Below the pieces are notes generated by a model. It did not search any database, had not been told where the DNA came from, and saw nothing but the letters and a program-made list of their open reading frames with translations. Positions 12,361-24,500 of a DNA stretch of 64,000 bases are shown one piece after another. Numbering within the stretch: the stretch's first letter is position 1; each line of letters begins with the position of its first letter. The translations under genes were made by a program, and so were the position numbers. The DNA comes from Chiloscyllium plagiosum (Eukaryota): the NCBI RefSeq assembly GCF_004010195.1, contig NC_057719.1, forward strand, positions 84,632,833 to 84,696,832. Direction: 5' to 3'.

Positions 12361-13133
12361 TTTTTTTAAAAATCTCTCTCCTCTCACCTTTAAAAATATG
12401 CCCCCTAGGCTTTAAATTCTCCCAAGAAAAAATACAGCTACCATTAATGCTAGCTATACCCCTTGTGATTTGTTAAACCTCTATAAGGTCACCCCTCAAC
12501 CTCCTAAACTCTAGTAAGGAAAATCCCACCCTATCCAGACTTTCTTCATAATTCCAACCTTCCATACCATCTTCAAATAACTGAACTCTCTCATCCTTAC
12601 CATCATCCTGTTACATCTTCTCTTCCAGGATCATGATGTTGCTCTTGCAGACAATACTTTTACACACGACACTATCATTTATTGAGAATCCACTAGCATC
12701 TAGAGACCTGTTTGTGGTATAGCATTTAAATTCTACAACTCTGGCACATGATTAAGGCATATATGTGCTTGAAGCTTTCTAGTAAGCGTTAAAAAAAATG
12801 TAAAGGTTGCAGCTGTATGATAGATATTTATAAACAAAGCCAGAATTAGAGGAGGTCCTGAAGGAGATTAGAGATTGGGAGACCAAGACCATGGAATGCT
12901 TTACAGAAAAAGGATGAAGACTTTAAATCGAGGTTGTCACACTGGGAGTAAAAAGTGAAAGTGAGGCCACAGTCAGATCATTCATGATCATCTTGAAAAG
13001 TGGAGCATGGCCTGTGTTTGCTTTTTATGTTGTCATATTCTTAGTAATATTTTCTGTTTAAAAATTAAAATTGGAGTACTTGCAAAAAGGATTCATGTTT
13101 TTATCCATTTTGTAATTGCTGAATTTTTTTTAG

Positions 13134-13176
13134 GAAAAGACAGCCTAAAGGAGAACCAGTCAGCTGAGTTAGAAAG
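13134..13176 (+). CDS. KNL1: KNL1 internal exon (KDSLKENQSAELE)
   Basis: tttttttag| acceptor and AAG|gtaaag donor. Only one frame is open and it ends in phase 2, matching the next exon. Confidence 0.7.
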
Positions 13177-13596
13177 GTAAAGACACTTTTATTCAATTTG
13201 TTTATTCATTTGCAAGCCATAGATATAACTGGCATGCTCAATAAGTTGCCCACTTCTAATTGCTGTCAGGTGGTATGCTGACTTGAACTGCTACTATCTC
13301 TGTGGTGACACAACTACCACAGGGCTTTTAATGAGAGGGTTCTCGGATATGCCTTCGATTGAAGGGGTGCCTGGCTTGTTGAACTTTATTGGAGCTGCTT
13401 TGGTGCCTTACAGAGAGTAGAAAACCTGTGGGAAGTCAACAACAGCTCAGGAAGTACCTTACAGTTCACCAAGTTATCCCTTCTACAAAGTTGTTTGTGC
13501 ATGGCAAAAGTAACCAATGTTTAGCAGTACATGCTCATGCACAACAAAAAAAAAGAATGTTCTTTCAAAGTTGAATCATTCAATATAGCAGCAGAC

Positions 13597-15620
13597 AGTG
13601 AAGTCTGCAGATGCTGGAGATCAGAGTCGAGAGTGTGTTGCTGGAAAAGCACAGCAAGTCAGGCAGCATCCAAGCAGCAGGAAAATCTACCTTTTGGGCT
13701 GGAGTACTTCATCAGGAATGAGACTGGGAGCCTCGGGGGTGGAGAGGTAAATGGGAGGAGGGTGGGGGTTGTCAGTCAACAGCTGAGAGTGCAATAGGTG
13801 GATGGAGGTGGGGTAAAGAGGATAAGTTGGGGGGGAGGGTGGAGCACATAGATTGGAAGGAAGATGGACAGGTCGTGAATGCGGTGCTGAGCAGGCAGGT
13901 TGGAACTGGGGTAAGGTGGGGGGAGGGGAAATGAGGAAACTGGTGAAGTCCACATTGATGTCCTGGGGTTGAAGGGTCCTGAGGCGGAAGATAAGGCATT
14001 TTTCCTCCAGGCGTCTGGTGGTGAGGGAGTGTCGATGGAGGAGGCCCAGCACCTGCATGTCCTCAGCAGATTGGGAGGGGGAGTTGAAGTATTCAGCGAC
14101 GGGGCAATGGGGTTGGTTGGTGCAGGTCTCCGGAGATGTTCTCTAATGCGCTCTGCGAGAAGGCATTTAGTCTCCCCAATGTAGAGGAGACCACATCGGG
14201 AGTAATGGATACAATAAATGACGTGTGGAAGTGCAGGTGAAACTTGATGGATGTGGAAGGGTCCTTTGGGGTCTTGGATGGAAGTAAGGAGGGAGGTATG
14301 GGTGCAGGTTTTGCAATTCTTGCGGTGGCAGGGGAAGGTGCCAGGAGGGAGGGTGGGTTGTTAGGGGGCGTGGACCTGACCAGATAGTTGCGGAGGGAAC
14401 AGTCTTTGTGGAAAGCAGATAGGAGTGGGGAGGGAAATACATCCCTGGTGGTGGGGTCAATGTGTAAGTGGCAGAAATGTCGGCGGATGATGCGATTTAT
14501 GCAGAGGTTGGTGGGATGGAAGGTGAGGACCAGGGTGGGGGTTCTGTCCTTTTGGCAGTTGGAGGGGTGGAGTTCGAGGGCGGAGGTGCAGGATGTGGCT
14601 GAGATGCGTTGCAGGGCAACTTCAACCATGTGGATAGGGAAATTTCAGTCTTTAAAGAAGGAGGCCATCTGGTGTGTTCTGTGGTGGAACTGGTCCTCCT
14701 GGGAGCAGATGCGGAGGAATTGGGAATACTGGATAGCATTTTTGCAGGAGGTAGAGTGGGAGGTGGTATAGTCCAGGTAGCTCCGTTTGTTTATAAAAAA
14801 AAGTCAGTGTTAAGTCTGTTCTTGTGGATGGAGAGGTCTAGGAAGGGGAGGGAGGTGTCAGAGAATGTCCAGGTGAATTTAAGCTCTGGGTGGAATATAT
14901 TGGTGAAGTTGATGAATTGTTCGACCTCCTCGTGGGAGCACGAGGTGGCACTGATGCAGTTATCAATGTAGCAAAGGAAGAGGTGGGGAGTGGTGCCAGT
15001 GTAACTCCGGAAGATAGACTTTTCTACATAGCCACAAAGAGATAGGCGTAGCTGGGACCCATGCGGGTGCCCATGGCTTTCTCTTGTTTGGAGGGAGTGG
15101 GAGGATTGGAAGGAGAAATTGTTGAGGGTGAGGANNNNNNNNNNNNNNNNNNNNNNNNNNNNNNNNNNNNNNNNNNNNNNNNNNNNNNNNNNNNNNNNNN
15201 NNNNNNGGTCCTGTGAGGTGATGAGGTTGTTTATGGCCAGGGAGATGATGGTTTGGTAATGCGGTGTGAGATCATGGTGGAGGGGGAGGTAGGAGGGGGT
15301 GTCTTTGATTTGGCGCCTGGGTTCAGCAGTGTAGAGGTCAGTGCACCAAACTGCGAACTGTCCATCTTCCTTCCCACCTTTCCGCCCCACCTTCCCCTTC
15401 GACCTATCACCTTTAGCCTCACCTCCATTCACCTATTGCACTCTTAGCCTCATTGCTTACCATCTCCCCAGGCTCACCCCTCCCCTTTATCTCTCCACCC
15501 CTGAAGCTCCCAGCCTCATTGCTGGTGAAGAGCTCTGGCCCAAAACGATTTTTTTTTTTCTCTCTGCTCCTCTATCGCTACCTGACCTGCTCTGCTTTTC
15601 TAGCAACAGACACTCAACTA
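13597..15620 (-). mobile_element. Penelope-like element (RT + GIY-YIG remnants) with inverted terminal repeats
   Basis: Minus-strand remnants LTLNNFSF, AMGTRMGPSYA, FLCYIDN, LKFTW...LPFLDLSI, LYIGET, EE..LIFRL.TLQPQDIN, with frameshifts. 13620-13870 is inversely repeated at about 15360-15615, each arm with a degenerate hammerhead motif. Confidence 0.9.
15135..15206. other. Assembly gap (72 N)
   Basis: Run of N. Confidence 1.
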
Positions 15621-16009
15621 GAATAACCAGCTTTTGACCTTGTCTTGTGGTCACAGTACTCGCATGATTGGTTAAGTTTCTGGTTGATGGTAATGTCAGA
15701 CTCTTGATAGCGGAGGATTCACTGATGATAGTGCCATTTGAATATAATTGGATTCTCTTATTGGGAATGGTCATTATTTGGCCAGATCTTACTACATCTA
15801 AGGATTGCTTCAATATGTGATGTGTTGCAAATGAAACTGACTTGTGTGCAATCATCAGTGAACACCCACTTGTGACCCGAAAGTTATGAAATCATATGGG
15901 GTATGATCGCAACCACTAGATCGCAATCAGCTTTCTCTCTGATTTTCATTGATTTAAGTTTTGGTAGATCTGCTCAACGTCAAACACAGTAAAATTCTGC
16001 CTTAAATGT

Positions 16010-16745
16010 AAGAGAATTTGTTTATGGCTTGTCAAAGCTAGCAGTGGGGTGTCCTTCATGAAGCTGGACTTGAGCTATGTGTACTTGCAATTGTGGTTAT
16101 ATGAGAATTTCTACAACTAATACTGATAAGGATTTGTACCAATATATGACACTGCCATTTAGGGTATTGTCAGGCTGCTCAATGTTTCCACATACGATGG
16201 AGAACATTTTACAAGGTATAACCCAGGTTGCCATTGATCTGGATGACATGCTAATAACGGAAAAATCAATAATGAGCACTTGGAGAAGTTGGGGATAGTA
16301 CTTAGAATTTTCCCCAAGTGGGCATACACCTTAGAAGGGAAGAATTTGTGTTCCAGACACACCAAGTCTGGGCTACAAAGTCAGGACCGGGTTATGTCCA
16401 TTGGAAGATAAAGGCTCCCACATCTGTACCAGAGCTTGGGTCTTTTCTTGGGCTGATGAATAATTAAGAGTCATAGAGGTGTACAGCATGGAAACAGACC
16501 CTTCGGTCCAACCCGTCCATGTCGTCCAGATATCCCGACCCAATCTAGTCCCACCTGCCAGCACCTGGCCCATATCCCTCCAAACCCTTCCTATTCATAT
16601 ACCCATCCAAATGCCCTTAAAATGTTGCAATTGTACGAGCCTCCACCACATCCTCTGGCAGCTCATTCCATACGTTATGGAAATGTCATACATAATTTGG
16701 CCTCCATTCTGGCATCTTTTACATCAACCCTTTTACAAAAAAAGG
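16010..16745 (+). mobile_element. Gypsy/Ty3 LTR-retrotransposon RT remnant, interrupted by a CR1 tail
   Basis: NTDKDLYQYMTLPFRVLSGCSMFPHTMENILQGITQVAIDLDDMLIT is a decayed Gypsy RT segment (NTHKGLYQYxRLPFG...YLDDILI). Confidence 0.8.
16468..16673 (-). mobile_element. CR1 LINE 3' tail
   Basis: gagtcatagaggtgtacagcatggaaacagacc terminus, same type as the other CR1 3' ends in the window. Confidence 0.9.
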
Positions 16746-16758
16746 TAAGTCTTGGAAA

Positions 16759-17032
16759 ATGCCCGAAACGTCGATTTTACTGCTCCTCGGATGCTGCCTG
16801 AACTGCCTACTGCGAATCCTCTTGCAAGGATGCCTGCCTTGAAGAAGTTTTCCTCCTCTCTCTACAAGAATCTCAGGGAGTCCCTCTCCCACTGCAACTC
16901 CCAGGTCATTTCCTCTGCCCTGAAGTTCTTCAACCGTGTCCTGAAACAGATTTGCTACTACAGCCACATTTGCTTCCTCAGTGCCGGCCTCCCTAACCAA
17001 CTCCTCTCACATGGACTCCGGACCACCTTTAA
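16759..17032 (+). mobile_element. Penelope-like element 5' fragment (partial pLTR plus ORF N-terminus)
   Basis: Begins with gcccGAAACGTCGattttactgctcctcggatgctgcc (same repeat family as 49962). Then encodes MPALKKF...SHICFLSAGLPNQLLSHGLR, resembling the HxxFLxxCxxxxLIPxGL motif of Penelope ORF N-termini. Confidence 0.65.
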
Positions 17033-17259
17033 AAGGGGTCCTTGATGCCACACTTGGTTGGATGCAGCTTTGATGGCAAGGGCTGTCACTGTCTCACCTC
17101 ATCTCAGCTATTTTGTCCATGTTTGAGCCAAGGCTATAATGAGATCAGTAGCTGAGTGACCCTGTTGATGATACCTTCGATCACTTTACTGATGTTCAAG
17201 AGTAGACTGAAGGAGCGGCAATTGGTCAAGTTGGATTTGTCCTTTTTTTTTTTTGGATG

Positions 17260-17456
17260 CATTAGTGAGCCAGGTGGGTTTTTTGACAATTAATAATAGT
17301 TTCATGGTCATCAGTAAATTCTTAATTCCAGATAGGTTTTATTGAATTCAAATTTCACCATCTACTGTGGTGGGTTTTGAACCTGCGTCCTCAGATCATT
17401 TACTGAATTTCTGGGTTAATAGTCCAGCAATAATATCACTGGGCCATTACTTCCGG
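17260..17456 (-). mobile_element. SacSINE1-type tRNA-derived SINE 5' part
   Basis: Minus strand has A-box-like tggcccagtgat and B-box-like ggttcaaaaccc, followed by gtgaaatttgaattcaataaa. Confidence 0.6.
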
Positions 17457-18468
17457 CATGTGCGCCTACAAGCCTTTTGAATGTGGTAGAAAATGTTGCA
17501 TCAAGTTGTTTTTAAGAAAAAGTGTACAGGACAATTAATTTTATAGTTAGAGCATGGAAAATGAAAAAAAGTCTAATCTAGGTTAGAAGTTCGGCACAAC
17601 ATCGTGGGCCGAAGGGCCTGTTATGTGCTGTATTGTTCTATGTTCTATGTTCTATAAAAAGACACTGTGCCTAGCTTTGGTGTTGTGGCCAATAATGGGC
17701 ATCATTACTTTAGAAAGAATGTCAAGATCTTGGAGATGGTATAGAGGAGATTTACGAGAATTGGATCAGGATGAACACTTAATTCATATGAAAAGACTAA
17801 GAAACACTGGACTTGTTTTCCTTTATGGCAGATGGTTTTAAATGGAAATTTTGATTTGAGGCATTCAAAATTAGAAAGGGTTTTCCTAGATTAGATAAAG
17901 ATAATAGAGTCAATAACCGGAGAACAGATTTAAGATCGTTTTCAAATGAAGTAAGTGACATGAAGAGTTGTTTTCGCTTTTTGTTTAATTGAAGTAAGTT
18001 ATCATCTGGAATGCACTTCCTGGAAGTGTGGTGGAAATAAGAATAAATTTGAAAATGAAATCGAGTAAGTAAATAAAATGGAAAGGTTTGTAGGAAAGAT
18101 TTGAAAGAAAAAAGAATGGATCTAATTGGGTCATTCTTTGTCAGAATATTGATATTAATGGATACAAGTAAATTCAAGGATGTCTTTACAACCATTTGTG
18201 AGCCCTTCGTTATTCTCTTGCTGAATTGTTTTCTTTCTGAATAAAACAGTCTCCTTCTATCCTGTGGATAACTATCATGAAACATGTAGCTAGCAGAATG
18301 TCCTTCTGCTTTCTTTTTCGTGTAGCTTGATGCTGTGCCATTTTGATGGTCTATAATGTGGAATACAGGAGGCGTGTTTCTCAAGTGCAACAATTAAAGC
18401 TAAACATAAATTTGTTTGCTTTAGAGGTATATAATGTAATGCAATAAAAGCATGTTTTTATTTCGTAG

Positions 18469-18506
18469 GGACTTGATGCCACAAAATACAAATTACAGCA
18501 TTGCTG
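18469..18506 (+). CDS. KNL1: KNL1 internal exon (RDLMPQNTNYSIAG)
   Basis: tttcgtag| and CTG|gtgagt sites; phase 2 to phase 1; resembles vertebrate KNL1 ...NYCEITG. Confidence 0.8.
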
Positions 18507-19447
18507 GTGAGTAAACACATCCACTTTCAATCATTCCTTTAATATGTAAATTCTCCCTTTTTTTGGAAGGGTTTTATATATTCATTTTGAGCTATTGCAA
18601 TCTGACATAACATAGAGCACTTCTGAGAGCACATGATATAGAATGAGGGAAAAGTTCTTGCCTCTTTTTACATTTCACTTAACAGCATTCTATTTAGATT
18701 ATTTGCGTGTCTCATTGCCTCTACTTTATGTTCATTGTTCTGTACATTTTGTGCTTAAATGCTTTACTTTGTTGGAACTAGCTTTAGTGTGTGTCTAATT
18801 CTAAATGCTGCCTCCATGTTTACGTGAATGCATCATGACTTGCTCATTTGTCTGTTCAGACCCTTGGTTTGTATATGACTGGCTAACTCATGAACACTTT
18901 TCTGTAAATGAAATGAAGATCTGAATAGCCATTCTGTGCGGATAGGAAAATGCATTTGCTCATCAAAGCTAAATTTCCAGATTGTCGCCCTGTCTTGCTT
19001 ATGACATAGGGCAGGGAATGTTTAAGCCTTGGGCTATGATTAATAGGATAAGTGTTTTAAAAAAAAATAGCGAGAAAGATTTGTTTTTGAAATGTTTCAT
19101 TTTATTTCTGTTTTTTGTTTGAAGTTGAAGTTACAAACAGATAAGTGTAAGTGAAGCATTTTGCAAGGAGCTTGTACTCCAATCCGAGACCCTTTCTTCT
19201 CCCTTGTGCACTCCTGTAGGCTTACTCGTGAATCTATTGGCAGGAGATTCAGAAGAGACATGATCTGTGATTGCAGGAACAACAAACAGCTTGAGGCATT
19301 GAGTCGTGATTCTTCTTAGACCAATAGAGTGAGGGTATATGGAGAAGGGTAGTGGTGATAAAGAGGAAAAAGGGTAAGATTGTGGGAGTGGCAAAGCAGG
19401 CTGAGAAAGAAGGAAACCGAAGTCTATAGGTCTGTTCACTTCTGATA

Positions 19448-19636
19448 TCAGCAGGTCAGGAGCATTCAAGGAGAAGGAGAATCAGCATTTGGGCATAAGC
19501 CCTTCATCAGAAATCCAGGGCTTGTGCCCGAAACGTTGATTCTCTTGCTCCTCAGATGCTACCTGACCTGCTGTGCTTTTCCAGCACCACACTCTCGACT
19601 CTGATCTCCAACATCTGCAGTGCTCACTTTCTCCCA
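19448..19636 (+). mobile_element. Penelope-derived palindromic mini-element with 13-bp target-site duplication
   Basis: TSD ttcacttctgata at 19435-19447 and 19637-19649; inverted arms carrying hammerhead halves (gggcataagcccttcatcag / gggcttgtgcccgaaacgtt). Confidence 0.85.
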
Positions 19637-20627
19637 TTCACTTCTGATACCCATGTTCAAATCCAGTATGGTGAATTACCAACTAGAAATGACTCAAGGG
19701 TCAGCATTAGTTAAACTTAACTGCTTAGCTTAATCCAAGTCATTGCTTTATCCCCTGTTAATCATGAATTGTAGATCTGCTTCTTAACCATAAAGGCGAA
19801 TATTGGCTTTACTTTTAAGGTTTGTCTACTTCCCATTTTCTAATGGTAATTTCTATTAACCATTCAAATGATTAATTTATTGCTTTTAAATCTTTTTTGA
19901 ATAAATTCATGTTTGCTGTTGCAGCAGTCCTTATCTTTCTGAAGTTTTTTCACTGGCCTTCTGAGGAAGAGAAATTTAGATGTGGTGCCATCCCAAGCAA
20001 AAACTGGCCACCCCAATTTAGCTGATAAAACAAAAAAAAGTATCTTGTCAAGCTAATTACTTGTTTAAGGTCTATTGAGCATGTTGGCAGTTTGTTTCAT
20101 TTTAGCACATCTGAATTGCATGTTGCCATAAATACCTGATCAATATTTCTAATTTCTGAATGAAGTTTTCTTCACCTTTCTAATAAGCAATGTCTTTGAC
20201 TGTAGTAAATCTCTCCTTTTGCTATACTAAGCAGATTAATGCCTTTTAAAAATCTTGTACTATGCCCATGTAATATTCAAGCCAATCCCACTGTCTAGAC
20301 TGTTGTGATGAAGCATTTGTATACCATAGTAGAATTAATTAATTAGAATCAAAATAGTTCAGCAAGTGCCTCAAACTATTCATTTCCACATACTTCACTG
20401 TTTATCCTGCCATGTCCTCTGCTTCTGTTGAAAATTTTGCAATCCCTTTGATTTGACTTTCATGTTCTTGTGCAACTCTGTATTTGAGTCCTCTGTGACA
20501 AGCATATTTTACTCTTAAGCTTTATGCTCCATCTACCTATGTACACTCATGTTAGATATAATCTGATGATTAGAGCTATCTTCTGGATGGTGCAATACTG
20601 ATTCTTGGTATTTTTTTCTACTCAAAG

Positions 20628-20680
20628 GAATGGATGCACTACTTCATGCACCTCTCCGAATCCCATTGCAACAAATTGAG
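20628..20680 (+). CDS. KNL1: KNL1 internal exon (GMDALLHAPLRIPLQQIE)
   Basis: ctcaaag| and GAG|gtaaat sites; matches the conserved KNL1 motif GMxxLLxAP (human GMNTLLSAPIH). Confidence 0.92.
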
Positions 20681-20840
20681 GTAAATCAGCATTTGTCTTT
20701 GATACAAGTACTGATGTCTGTTTAGGATTATACCTTCAACTGTGAAACCTAACAATTTGCCTTTATTCAAAGGCAGAGTAAGAAGAATTATGGTCATACG
20801 TTTCGTATCTGTGACTGAATTTCCAAACCATTTTAACAAA

Positions 20841-21402
20841 TTCAAAGTTTGTACGAAGATTTGTAGCTCGGGTGCTCGTTGTTGTGGTTGTGTTCGCCGA
20901 GCTGGAAGTTTTTGTTGCAAACGTTTCGTCCCCTGGCTAGGCGACATCATCAGTGCTTGGGAGCCTCCTGCGAAGCGCTTCTTTGATGTTTCCTCCGGTG
21001 TTTATAGTGGTCTGTCCCTGCCGCTTCCGGTTGTCAGTTTCAGCTGTCTGCTGTAGTGGTTGGTATATTGGGTCCAGGTCGATGTGTTTGTTGATGGAGT
21101 TTGTGGATGAATGCCATGCCTCTAGGAATTCCCTGGCTGTTCTCTGTCTGGCTTGCCCTATGATAGTAGTGTTGTCCCAGTCGAATTCATGTTGCTTGTT
21201 GTCTGCGTGTGTGCAGCAACCACTACAGCGGACAGCTGAAACTGACAACCGGAAGCGGCAGGGACAGACCACTATAAACACCGGAGGAAACATCAAAGAA
21301 GCGCTTCGCAGGAGGCTCCCAAGCACGGATGATGTCGCCTAGCCAGGGGACAAAACGTTTGCAACAAAAACTTCCAGCTCGGCGAACAGAACCACAACAA
21401 CT
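20841..21402 (-). mobile_element. Penelope-like 3' fragment (GIY-YIG C-terminus) with about 185-bp inverted repeat and 11-bp TSD
   Basis: Minus frame HEFDWDNTTIIGQARQRTAREFLEAWHS...SINKHIDLDPIY; arms 20878-21062 and 21218-21401; TSD attttaacaaa at 20830-20840 and 21403-21413. Confidence 0.92.
20915..20956 (-). ncRNA. Minimal type I hammerhead ribozyme motif (Penelope-associated), intact core
   Basis: Minus strand GCA-CUGAUGA-U-GUCGCCU-AGCC-AGGGGAC-GAAACGUU-UGC: CUGANGA and GAAA boxes, stem II, palindromic ACGU stem III, 3-bp stem I. Confidence 0.7.
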
Positions 21403-21598
21403 ATTTTAACAAAGCATGTTTGAATTAATTTGGTCCATTTCTGGTATATTGAAGTTATAGCAATTTTATAGAAAGTTTTTTTTTATTCTGGCAAATGTGT
21501 TCCAATTCCATTTTAGTTCTTTAAAATCAAGAACAGCATTTGAAGCAAAATGTCTAATCTTTAAGATTTAATGTATTTATTTTCCCATTTTTAAACAG

Positions 21599-24500
21599 CA
21601 CTGTGAACATATTAAGACTGTCAGTAAACATCAAAACTTCCCTATTTCTGGAGTTGTAATACAAGGAGATCTTGAAGAGACAGTCCAGTCTTCTGCAATT
21701 ACAGCTGTAACTACACATTCTCAGAAAATTGACTTCAAGTCTTTTTTGGCTGGAATTGATTCTACAGAACCAGTGCATACCACTGTGTGTTTTGACACTG
21801 AGAATGAGAATGCTAATAAGTTCTTCAGCTCTACCAGACAAAATGAGGTTCCTAAACAGCAAAAGACAATAGATTTTAAAACATTCTTAAATAGCATAAA
21901 GCAGAGTGACACAGACCAAAATAAAATGACATCAATGACTTCCATTTTTGAGGAACAGATCATGAAACAGAAAGACATTAGTGTTCTTTCAGCTTGTGGA
22001 ACAGTTAAAAATGTTGGGACAACAAAGGACTTAATGAAAATTAATTCTAATAACAATTTAGATTCAAACAAAACTGTGCTGTTTCTAGACCAAGACAACG
22101 ATATGGAGCTTACTAGAAGTCATACTGTTGCTATTAACCATTTTGCTTTGGGAAATGTTACCACTCTTCATTCAACAACAGTCTCTAACAATGTAGAGGG
22201 CGTAGGTACTGAAAGTTCAACTCATTCTCCCTTTTCTCAATATAAAACTGTTTCACCTTCTGTAGAAGATGATATGGATATGACCAGATGTCATACTGCA
22301 TCTATTGACGTCAGGAAGGTAGAACTCCTCACAAATCAAAATCAACTGGCAGCTGTCTCAATTCAAAAAGAAGATAAATCAATAATGCCCTCCTTTACTC
22401 CTCATGAAGACAAATTATTCTCTGACAACAGATGTTGTAGCAAGATTGATCAAAGTGAGGCTTTAGTTACAAGTAAACTGAGCTCCAAATCTGTGCCTGA
22501 TCTGTCATCTTTTCCCAGTGATAAGACCATCATATTTTCAGAAGCAAATGACATGGATATAACCAAAAGTCACTTAGTCACAATTGACAGTGGAAGTCTT
22601 GGGCGAGTTGGAAATGAAGTGAAGGGTTCAGATAAATATACTTTGAGACAAAGTACTGCTGGATCTGTTTTGTCATTCTTTCCAAATGATGAGACAATGG
22701 TATTTTCAGAAGCAAATGATATGGATATAACTAAAAGCCATACAGTCACAATTGATGATAAAATCACTGGACAAGTTGCAAGTGAAGTATTGGGTTTTAC
22801 GAGAATGACCTCTGGGCTGACTTTACCTGGATCAATACTGCCACCTTTTTCCAATGATAAGACTGTGGTATTTTCAGAAGCAAATGATATGGATACAACT
22901 AAAAGCCATACCATCACAATTGACAATGGAAGCATTGATCGAGTAGAAAATGAAACATCAGCTTCAACAAAATTGATTTCAAGGTGGAGTACTGTCGGGT
23001 CTTTATCGTCACATTTTCCCAGTGACAAGACAATATTATTTTCAGAAGCAAATGATATGGACTTAACGAAAAGTCATTCAGTTCCAATTGACAATGGAAA
23101 ATTTGGTGCAAATGCAAATTGGACAGTGGGTTCAAATTCTTTCTTTCCAAGTGATAGAACTGTGGTATTTTCTGACGCAAACGATATGGACATAACAAAA
23201 AGTCATACAATTCAAATTGACAGTGAAAATGCTAGACAAATTACAGCTGGAACATTGGTTCCGAAGAAACTGTCCTTGAGATACAGCACTGTTGCATCTG
23301 TTCTGTCATCTTTTCCCAATGATAAGACAGTAGTATTTTCAGAAGCAAATGATATGGACATAACCAAAAGTCATACAGTTGCAATTGAGAGTGAAAACCT
23401 TGGGCCTGTTGCAAGGCCTATAGTGGGTCCAGATAAAAAGATTTGCATTGAGAATGCAACCGTGCCTATACTGTCCAGTTTTCCCAACGATAAGACTCTG
23501 GTATTTTCAGAAGCAAATGATATGGACATGACTAAAAGTCATACCGTCACAATTGACAATGGAAACCTTGGGCAAGTTAGAAATGAAGCATTAGCGTTTA
23601 CTAGAATGTCTTCCAAGCACTCTGTCCCTGAGTCTGCAGCATCCATTCACAGTAATAGATCTATTGTGTTTTCAAAAGCAAATGATATGGATATAACAAA
23701 AAGCCACACTGTTGCGATTGAGAGTGGAAATCTTCGACTCATTCCAAATGAAGCATTGGGATCAATGAAGCTCACTTGTGTTGAGAATACTGCTCCATGT
23801 GCTCAACCATCTTTTTCCAGCAAAGCAACCCTTGGGTTTTCAGAAACAACTGACATGGACCTAACCAAAAGTCATACAGCCATAATCGAGAGTAAAAACC
23901 TTGGCCTTGTTGCAAGGATCATAGAGAAACCAGATAAAAAGATTTGTGTTGAAAATGCATCCGTCCCTGTTCTATCCTCTTTTCCCAATGATAAGACCTT
24001 GGTATTTTCAGAAGCAAATGATATGGACATAACTAAAAGCCATACTGTTACAATTAATGGAGAAGACGTTGGGCAAGTTACAAATGAAGCATTGGGCTTT
24101 CGAAGAATGACCTCTAAACACGGTGTGCCTCGATCTATATCATCGTTTCTCAGTGATAAAACTGTCGTCTTTTCAGAAGCAAATGACATGGACATTACCA
24201 AAAGTCATACAGTTGCAATTGAGAGTGAAAACTTGGGGCCCATTGCAAGACATACAGAGGGTTCAGATAAAAAGGCTTCCATTGGGAATGCATCCATGTC
24301 TGTTCTGTCATCTTTTCCTAATGACAAGACTTTGGTATTTTCAGAAGCAAACGACATGGACATAACTAAAAGCCATATTGTTACAATTAATGGAGGAAAC
24401 CTTGGGCCTGTTGTAAATTGGACAGAAAGTTTATGTACATCTTTTCCTCGTGATAAGACATTAATATTTTCTGACACAAATGATATGGACATCACAAAAA

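Noticed and set aside
20937..21342. Twin 129-aa ORFs on opposite strands as a duplicated gene pair
   Set aside because: A consequence of the inverted repeat of a Penelope fragment.
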